DNA of 44,010 nucleotides, taken from the NCBI GenBank assembly GCA_001871815.1, contig MNVP01000077.1, positions 439-44,448 of the forward strand, read 5' to 3'. The stretch comes from Candidatus Omnitrophica bacterium CG1_02_40_15 (lineage in GTDB: Bacteria > Omnitrophota > Gorgyraeia > Gorgyraeales > Gorgyraeaceae). Of the stretch, positions 25,711 through 31,904 are shown in pieces. The notes beneath the pieces are model-generated. The model was not told the DNA's origin. It did no database searches and was given only the letters and a program-made list of their open reading frames with translations. Within the stretch, counting starts at the first letter, position 1; each line of letters begins with the position of its first letter. A program made the translations under genes and the position numbers.

Positions 25711-27304
25711 TATAATATTTAGCGCAATCCATATCAGAAAAAATATTATCCCTTGATTCAACCTCTTTAAGCCATTCTTTATCAATAGAACCGTTCAGCA
25801 TATCCTTGTAAATATGCGTAAATCTATTTATATGAAGCTTCACCCTTTTATTAGCATATTCTACCATTGTGCCTGTTTTCATTATAAATGGCCAATCGCT
25901 TGCCTGCGCAAGGAGAAGCTCTCTCGCAGCCTGATTCAATGCAAGCGCCGCCAGGCCAAATTTGTCTTTCTCTATGCAATTAGAAAACTTTTCAGCCAAT
26001 TCTTTCATCCTTTCGCCTGCGGCATGCAGATGCCTGTAGATCCAGTCATTGCTTCCTTCCAGCCAGACCTCATTATAACCTTTATAACCCCATGTAGATG
26101 TTGAGGGGACAGACATCTGGTTAACAGGATATTCCCTTAGATAATCTGACGGTGTAGCAAGCTTTACTGTTTTTTGGTCATACGCAATTTTACGTATCAA
26201 AAAATCAATCCACATCGGGCCTTCAAACCACCAGTGCCCGAACAATTCCGCGTCATAAGGAGAAATAATCATAGGCTTTCTATCCATATGATACGCAACA
26301 TGCTCTATCTGTTTTTCGCGGTTAAACATAAAGTTCCCTGCGTGCGTAGCCGCTTTTTCCTTTGCCCATTCAGGCACATACGGCTCCTTATGATCGGTAT
26401 CCCCTGTTATCCTCCAGTATTTAAGCCCTGTATTTATCCTGAATCCGATTGGATGAATATACGGTTTTATATACTCATACTCCAATTCATGGCCTATATC
26501 CTTATAATATTCCCTATAATCAGGGTCTCCGGGATAACCTTCTTTTGAGCTCCAGACCTGCTTGGAAGATTCCCAGTCTCTTCCGAATGCAGCAACTCCT
26601 GTTGGGCAGTATAAAGGCGCGTATACGCTATACTTTGGCGCTGGATCTGCGTTTACAATTCCATGCGAATCTACAAAGAAATATTTAATCCCAGAGTCTG
26701 CTAAAAGATTGTCAATGCCTGGGGCATATCCGCATTCAGGAAGCCAGAACCCAACAGGATCCCTGCCGAATGTTTTTCTGTAATGGCCCACGCCAATTTT
26801 TACCTGGGCATCCGCATCAGTTGGATTTACGCTTAATATAGGAAGGAACCCGTGAGTGGCGCATGAAGCAAGTATCTCAACGCATCCAATATCCTGGAAT
26901 CTTTTAAATGCGGATACCAGGTCTTTTTTGCATCTATCTACAAATATCTCTTTTGCCTCCACGAACTTCCTGTAATACATCAGGGCTAAACCGTGAAATT
27001 TAGGGTCATAGCCTGTGCGCTGCACCTCTTTGTCAGCAAGTTCTATTAATTTATCAATATGCCTTATATATCTATTTTGAAGGAGTTCGTCCTGAAGCAT
27101 AGACGCCAAGGTAGGCGTCAGAGACATTGTTATGCGGAAATCCACATGGTCTTCGATTAATTTTTCAAAAACCTGTATAAAAGGTATATAAGTTTCTGTT
27201 ATGGCTTCATAGAGCCAGTTCTCCTCAAGAAAATCCTCCTCTTCAGGATGCCTGACAAATGGAAGATGCGCATGTAACACTAAACAAAGATAACCTTTAT
27301 GCAT
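25685..27304 (-). CDS. GH57-type 1,4-alpha-glucan branching enzyme
   Basis: 539 aa. LVLHAHLPFVRHPE, WLPECGYAPG (Glu), YDAELFGHWWFEG (Asp) and AQASDWPF. Size and motifs resemble Thermus/Thermococcus-type GH57 branching enzymes. Confidence 0.87.
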   Translation of the reverse strand: MHKGYLCLVLHAHLPFVRHPEEEDFLEENWLYEAITETYIPFIQVFEKLIEDHVDFRITMSLTPTLASMLQDELLQNRYIRHIDKLIELADKEVQRTGYDPKFHGLALMYYRKFVEAKEIFVDRCKKDLVSAFKRFQDIGCVEILASCATHGFLPILSVNPTDADAQVKIGVGHYRKTFGRDPVGFWLPECGYAPGIDNLLADSGIKYFFVDSHGIVNADPAPKYSVYAPLYCPTGVAAFGRDWESSKQVWSSKEGYPGDPDYREYYKDIGHELEYEYIKPYIHPIGFRINTGLKYWRITGDTDHKEPYVPEWAKEKAATHAGNFMFNREKQIEHVAYHMDRKPMIISPYDAELFGHWWFEGPMWIDFLIRKIAYDQKTVKLATPSDYLREYPVNQMSVPSTSTWGYKGYNEVWLEGSNDWIYRHLHAAGERMKELAEKFSNCIEKDKFGLAALALNQAARELLLAQASDWPFIMKTGTMVEYANKRVKLHINRFTHIYKDMLNGSIDKEWLKEVESRDNIFSDMDCAKYYSSRLSLCV

Positions 27305-27332
27305 AATAAGTATCCTAACAAAGTCCTATCCT

Positions 27333-27456
27333 AATATTCTTCGAGCGATCATGATACTATATCATGAGAGCACAGTCGAGAAGCCTACCCTGAGCTTGTC
27401 GAAAGGTTCTCGACTCTGCTCTCATATTTGGTTCCCATGTCCGCTCGAACAATATT
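27333..27456. repeat. TCGAG-core dispersed repeat, locus E (two units in inverted orientation)
   Basis: aatattcttcgagcgatcatgatactatatcatgagagcacagtcgagaag - 22 nt - gttctcgactctgctctcatatttggttcccatgtccgctcgaacaatatt. The whole element is a 124-nt imperfect palindrome. Confidence 0.85.
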
Positions 27457-27463
27457 GTATGGG

Positions 27464-28708
27464 TTATTTTGGAACTGTATTGCGCTCGACTTTTGTTGTT
27501 ATTCTCTTTGTTTCTACTTTATCATTCGAAGTTGCAGTAAAAGGCAGATCTATTTTCCCATCAGGAAGCGCAAGCCTCATGCTGAAAGTTCCGTCCGGCC
27601 TGAGATCTACTTTTTTATCCCCAAGCCTCACCTCTGCATCAGGCTCTGTGCGGCCATAAACAATAAGTTCTGCCCCTATTTCAAAAAAGAATTTGCGTTT
27701 TTTATCCGGCTGGATAAATTCGCTTGCGCCGCCTTGAAGATTTTCGCTTCCACCTAGATATGTAAATTCAGAGGCGCCAATCATAACTTTCCTGCCAAAT
27801 TTAGCTCCTTCGAGCCTCTTAAAATAAAGCAGGCCTTTCCATTCGCTTTCTGACATCCTGGAATACAAATATTTATATATGCGTTTTCTGGAAATACGCG
27901 AAAATAACCTATTTCTTAATAAAGGAGAAAATTTACTGTAATACGCTCTTAAATCTGCCTGGCTAAGATAAATCTTTCTTCTTCTGGATACAGTAGGGAA
28001 CGGCCGCGGCCGTTCCCTACTAAACCTGCCTGCTGTATCATATTGAACAGCGTTTTCGCCTCTATTGAATGTAGGGGACGGCCGCGACCGTCCCCTACCT
28101 GCTTTTTCAATAGCAATCTCATCGCTAATATCCATCCATATCTCTTCAAATCTGTTTGACGAACTGGAGCGGGGGGTATGCACAAAGTTAGACCTGGCCA
28201 TTGGAAAAAATCTTCCGGAAGTATGGACTATGCCTATCTCTCCGCAATACGACACATTGTCATTCCAAAGGCTTATATACCAATTATTGGAATAACGGCC
28301 TACTTCTATATCAAACCAATGATTGGCATTAAAACCATTAAAATCTTTATATGTTATATCATACATGCGCACGATAAATTTGGCGCCGTCCAGGTTGCCG
28401 CCCAATTGTTTCTTCACATTTTCTATTGAACTCTCGGCAATTTCCCAGTAAGCGTATATCCAGAAAGGATCCTTTGGTATCAACGTAATCCTTGTTATAG
28501 TATCGTAAGAAGGAAGTTCGTATTCATTTATCGTTATATTTGGCGCGCTTTTATATTCTTTTATTGCGCAGGATGGCTCTATCACGGCAACAGAAAGCTT
28601 TCTACGGACTGCTTTTCTTTTTACAGCCTTTACAATAGCCTCTCTTCCATCTTTATAAATGCGCTCTATGGAATTTCTTTTTTTAATTTTTGGTTTTTTA
28701 ACGGCCAT
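27464..28708 (-). CDS. DUF4912-like protein of unknown function
   Basis: 414 aa. The block ITLIPKDPFWIYAYWEI...IVRMYDIT resembles DUF4912. A basic, probably disordered middle carries two REP-like insertions. C-terminal beta-rich region. Confidence 0.65.
   Translation of the reverse strand: MAVKKPKIKKRNSIERIYKDGREAIVKAVKRKAVRRKLSVAVIEPSCAIKEYKSAPNITINEYELPSYDTITRITLIPKDPFWIYAYWEIAESSIENVKKQLGGNLDGAKFIVRMYDITYKDFNGFNANHWFDIEVGRYSNNWYISLWNDNVSYCGEIGIVHTSGRFFPMARSNFVHTPRSSSSNRFEEIWMDISDEIAIEKAGRGRSRPSPTFNRGENAVQYDTAGRFSRERPRPFPTVSRRRKIYLSQADLRAYYSKFSPLLRNRLFSRISRKRIYKYLYSRMSESEWKGLLYFKRLEGAKFGRKVMIGASEFTYLGGSENLQGGASEFIQPDKKRKFFFEIGAELIVYGRTEPDAEVRLGDKKVDLRPDGTFSMRLALPDGKIDLPFTATSNDKVETKRITTKVERNTVPK
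27993..28020. repeat. REP-like palindrome, copy 9 (in frame inside DUF4912 gene)
   Basis: gtagggaacggccgcggccgttccctac, perfect. Translated as RERPRPFPT. Confidence 0.85.
28071..28098. repeat. REP-like palindrome, copy 10 (in frame inside DUF4912 gene)
   Basis: gtaggggacggccgcgaccgtcccctac. Translated as RGRSRPSPT. Confidence 0.85.
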
Positions 28709-29858
28709 AAATGTCCAGTACCTGGTCAGCTACAACATCCCATGAAAAAGCGGTTTCAACTGCGATCCTGCCGTTAGCGCCCATCCATCTGGCGTGGTCA
28801 AAATCTGAAAATGCAGCGCCTATGCCCCATGCTATTGATTCAGGATTTGGATAAACCTTTAAACCTGTTATGTCATGCCATATTATTTCTCCTGGCCCGC
28901 CGTTTGAAGTAGCTATCACAGGTTTTCCAGCGCTCCATGCTTCTAATAAAACTATCCCAAAAGGTTCGTTTCTCGAAGGTATACACACAACGTCTGTTGC
29001 CTTGTAAAGATCAGAAAGCTTCCATCCATTATTAAAGCCTATAAACCTTGTAGCGTGATGAACACCAATCTCTTTTGCCCTATCCTCCACGCCCCAGCGC
29101 ATCTCTCCGTCTCCCACAAAAACAAACTTTGCGTTATTGTAATATTTAAGTATGTGCGGGATAGCCTCTATTAAAAGGTCCGGGCCTTTTTGATAAACAA
29201 TCCTGCCGACAAAAAGCGCCATTGGGTCCATTGGCCCTATTCCATAATAACGCCGGACTGCTCCAGCGTCTATCCACCCGTCAAAATTTCTGTAATTGAC
29301 TCCATTATATACTACGTCCGCTTTCCAATCAGGCACATTATACATCCACTGTATTTCCCCTTTAAGGGCCCGGGATACAGCTATTACATGGTCAGCGCAG
29401 TATGTGCCATGCCTTTCATGGTCCCTTATCCTGGCGGAATTGCCATTATGAAAATTATTCCCGCACCTGCCATATTCAGTTGAGTGCATGGTAAGAACAG
29501 CCTTGCTTGGCCTGGCCTGTTTTATCCAAACCATTGCGTTTGAGGTCAGCCAGTCATGGCTATGAATCACGTCAAAAGGGCCCGTGACGCTTTCTGTCTG
29601 GAAAAATGCATCCACAAAAGAGCGGCACATATTATTTATTTCTTCTACAAAATCCGGGCTCTGGTGAAAATGGCACCTATGATAATGCACACCGTCAATG
29701 CGTTCATACCATGCCTGATTGGGGTTACCAGCTCGCGTAAAAACATGGACCTCATTGCCCTTGCGCTCAAGGCCGCATGCAAGTTCTGTAACATGCACGC
29801 CTACCCCGCCCACGCAAATAGAATGCATGGATTCCCACGAAAATATGGCTATCCGCAT
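28698..29858 (-). CDS. GT4-family glycosyltransferase, glycogen-synthase-like
   Basis: 386 aa. MRIAIFSWESMHSICVGGVGVHVTEL... N-terminus. C-terminal PSRNEPFGIVLLEAWSAGKPV (E-x7-E context). 11-nt overlap with the DUF4912 gene. Confidence 0.8.
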   Translation of the reverse strand: MRIAIFSWESMHSICVGGVGVHVTELACGLERKGNEVHVFTRAGNPNQAWYERIDGVHYHRCHFHQSPDFVEEINNMCRSFVDAFFQTESVTGPFDVIHSHDWLTSNAMVWIKQARPSKAVLTMHSTEYGRCGNNFHNGNSARIRDHERHGTYCADHVIAVSRALKGEIQWMYNVPDWKADVVYNGVNYRNFDGWIDAGAVRRYYGIGPMDPMALFVGRIVYQKGPDLLIEAIPHILKYYNNAKFVFVGDGEMRWGVEDRAKEIGVHHATRFIGFNNGWKLSDLYKATDVVCIPSRNEPFGIVLLEAWSAGKPVIATSNGGPGEIIWHDITGLKVYPNPESIAWGIGAAFSDFDHARWMGANGRIAVETAFSWDVVADQVLDIYGR

Positions 29859-29865
29859 ATTTTTT

Positions 29866-29933
29866 CAGCTTTAAGCTATAAGCTTTAAGCTATAAGCTTT
29901 TTCTTACAGCTTACAGCTTAAAACTTACAGCTG
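29866..29933. repeat. Heptamer-periodic hairpin, AGCT type, copy c
   Basis: c agcttta agctata agcttta agctata agctttt tcttac agcttac agcttaa aacttac agctg. Fills the CBM48-GT4 spacer. Confidence 0.8.
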
Positions 29934-29943
29934 AATTTGTGTT

Positions 29944-30219
29944 TTATAATTCTATTACTGAATTTTCTGAGCCGAAAGTGTTTACTGTGAAAAGATTATT
30001 TAAAGGGTCTCTCTGCCATTGGCCGTCAATCAAATATTTATACTCATAACGTCCAGGATTAAGAGTCAAATCTCTTGCCCATACTCCATCTTTAGATTTC
30101 TTAAGACTGCTGCTGGACGCATCCCATGAATTGAAATCTCCTGCCAGGCGCACATCATTTGCAGTTGGCGCGCTTATCTTAAAAACCACCCTTTTTTTTG
30201 AACATTTCTTAATAGCCAT
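29944..30219 (-). CDS. Stand-alone CBM48 / AMPK-beta-like glycogen-binding domain protein
   Basis: 91 aa. VVFKISAPTANDVRLAGDFNSWD...KDGVWARDLTLNPGRYEYKYLIDGQWQRDPLN is the CBM48 pattern. SD AGGAGGGGG upstream. Confidence 0.78.
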   Translation of the reverse strand: MAIKKCSKKRVVFKISAPTANDVRLAGDFNSWDASSSSLKKSKDGVWARDLTLNPGRYEYKYLIDGQWQRDPLNNLFTVNTFGSENSVIEL

Positions 30220-30309
30220 TTCCCCCTCCTTTTTTTATCGCGTGACACCAATCACGTGAACCCAAATGATACCAGAAAGCCCAGCATTTGTAAATAGGTA
30301 TAAGTACCT

Positions 30310-30337
30310 ATTTTAGGGAACTTTTTTCCCTACACAA
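30310..30337 (-). promoter_or_regulatory. Promoter candidate for CBM48/glycogen operon, overlapping a minimal GTAGGGAA..TTCCCTA palindrome
   Basis: Minus strand: TTGTGT (30337-30332), 16-nt spacer, TAAAAT (30315-30310). The spacer AGGGAAAAAAGTTCCC is the core of a 20-nt mini version of the REP-like element (30314-30333). Confidence 0.35.
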
Positions 30338-30350
30338 GATATAGTGGTTA

Positions 30351-31001
30351 TTATATAGTAGTTATACCTTCTTTGAGCGCGTATCTAATGAGGTCTGCCT
30401 GGCGGTGTATTCCAAGTTTCTGCATTATATTATTTCTGTGGGCAAGCGCGGTCTTTAAAGAAATCTTAAGCTGTGCCGCAACTTCCTTATTTATATAGCC
30501 TTCTGCTATAAGCTGGAGAACTTCTCTTTCTCTCCCAGTAAGACTGACTATCTTTTTTTCTCCTATCTTCTGGCCTCTTGAATCAATGTAATCCTGTATT
30601 ACAAATGTGGATATTCTGGGACTAAGAAAATATTCATTCTTGTAAACTGCTCGTATGGCCTGAATGATCTCATCAGCTGCTGAATCTTTTAACACATACC
30701 CTTTTATCCCCAAGCTTAAAGCCCTTTCTATAAATGCCCTGTTATCATGCATGCTTAGTATAATCACCTTATTCCTTGGGTTAATCTGCATTATCTGGCT
30801 GGATGCCTCAAGGCCATTTAATATAGGCATGGTTATATCAATTATAAATATATCCGCTGAATCATTCTTTGCGATATCCACAACCTCTTTACCATTTGAC
30901 GCCTCTTTGATAACCTTTATATCTTGTTCCTGAGATATCACAGCGCTTAAACCCTGCCTTACTATCGCATGGTCATCCGCTAAAACCACATCTATAGCCA
31001 T
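30351..31001 (-). CDS. Response regulator, NarL/FixJ family (REC + LuxR-type HTH)
   Basis: 216 aa. Acidic pocket VVLADDHAIV and phospho-acceptor IFIIDITMP. C-terminal LTGREREVLQLIAEGYINKEVAAQLKISLKTALAHRNNIMQKLG. Confidence 0.92.
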   Translation of the reverse strand: MAIDVVLADDHAIVRQGLSAVISQEQDIKVIKEASNGKEVVDIAKNDSADIFIIDITMPILNGLEASSQIMQINPRNKVIILSMHDNRAFIERALSLGIKGYVLKDSAADEIIQAIRAVYKNEYFLSPRISTFVIQDYIDSRGQKIGEKKIVSLTGREREVLQLIAEGYINKEVAAQLKISLKTALAHRNNIMQKLGIHRQADLIRYALKEGITTI

Positions 31002-31019
31002 AATTATTCCTTTGCCATT

Positions 31020-31047
31020 GTAGGGAACGGTCGCGACCGTTCCCTAC
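31020..31047. repeat. REP-like palindrome, copy 11 (contains the TAG stop of the histidine kinase)
   Basis: gtagggaacggtcgcgaccgttccctac, perfect. The CTA at 31044-31046 is the kinase stop. Differs from copy 9 by a compensated C/G to T/A pair. Confidence 0.85.
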
Positions 31048-31721
31048 GCTTCTTCAATAATTTGGAAAGTTGCATTTATCTTTGTCCCGTTTTTAGATTT
31101 AGACTGCAGTAAAAACTTTCCATTCAATAAATCCACCCGCTCTCTCATCCCGCGTAAACCAAGCTTATCCGCATTTACCTCTTTGAAAAATGCCTCTGCG
31201 TCAAACCCTATTCCATCGTCTTCTATTGTAAAACTTATTTCTCCTTCTTTAAGCAACAAATCTATCTTTACATTTTTTGCCTTTGCGTGCTTTACAATAT
31301 TATTAAATGCCTCTTGTATGACCCTGTACAGGGTAATCGCCACCTCTTCTTTTATATGAATATCGCCTATATTTTCCTTGAATTTTATATTTAAAGGATA
31401 CGACTTTGTGTAATGCGAGAAAAGTTCGCGCAAGACTGACGGAAGGCCAAGCATGCCTAACTCTGCAGGCCTCAGGTCTATAAAAAGCGCTCTGATTTTA
31501 TCTGCCGTATTAGCTAAGATTATCTTTGCGTCTTTTATTACGTGGAGGGCTCTATCGAGATTATGTTTCGTTATCTCTTTTTCAATTATGCTCAATGCTG
31601 AGCCAAGAGATACTGAAAACTGGCCTATCTCGTCATGAAGATCCCGGGATATCCTGTGCCTTTCCTCTTCCTGGATAGCTAGTATCTTCTTTGAAAATTC
31701 CCTTGCCTCAGCATCTTCCAT
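31044..31721 (-). CDS. Sensor-less histidine kinase (HisKA_3 + HATPase_c only)
   Basis: 225 aa. H-box EEERHRISRDLHDEIGQ begins at about residue 18. N-box EAFNNIVKHA. DDGIGF and GLRGMRERV. No TM or sensor domain. Confidence 0.87.
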   Translation of the reverse strand: MEDAEAREFSKKILAIQEEERHRISRDLHDEIGQFSVSLGSALSIIEKEITKHNLDRALHVIKDAKIILANTADKIRALFIDLRPAELGMLGLPSVLRELFSHYTKSYPLNIKFKENIGDIHIKEEVAITLYRVIQEAFNNIVKHAKAKNVKIDLLLKEGEISFTIEDDGIGFDAEAFFKEVNADKLGLRGMRERVDLLNGKFLLQSKSKNGTKINATFQIIEEA

Positions 31722-31730
31722 AAAATTTAT

Positions 31731-31904
31731 TTAACAAGGTCCAGCAGGATTAGGGCATCCGCCAGCAGTGCATGCTGGGCACAGATAATCAGGGGACTGT
31801 GCATATGCTGGAACATCGCCTTTAAACTTATCATTTAAAACTTCGCTTTTAACAATTGGCTTCACATAACGCTTCTTGGCTTGTTTTTCTATCTTCCTTG
31901 TCAT
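31731..31904 (-). CDS. Candidate RiPP precursor peptide (57 aa, Cys/Pro/Gly-rich C-terminus); absent from ORF track
   Basis: Minus strand: AGGAGG-cgcaaa-ATG... encodes MTRKIEKQAKKRYVKPIVKSEVLNDKFKGDVPAYAQSPDYLCPACTAGGCPNPAGPC, TAA at 31731-31733. Directly downstream of the radical SAM/SPASM gene. Confidence 0.6.
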   Translation of the reverse strand: MTRKIEKQAKKRYVKPIVKSEVLNDKFKGDVPAYAQSPDYLCPACTAGGCPNPAGPC

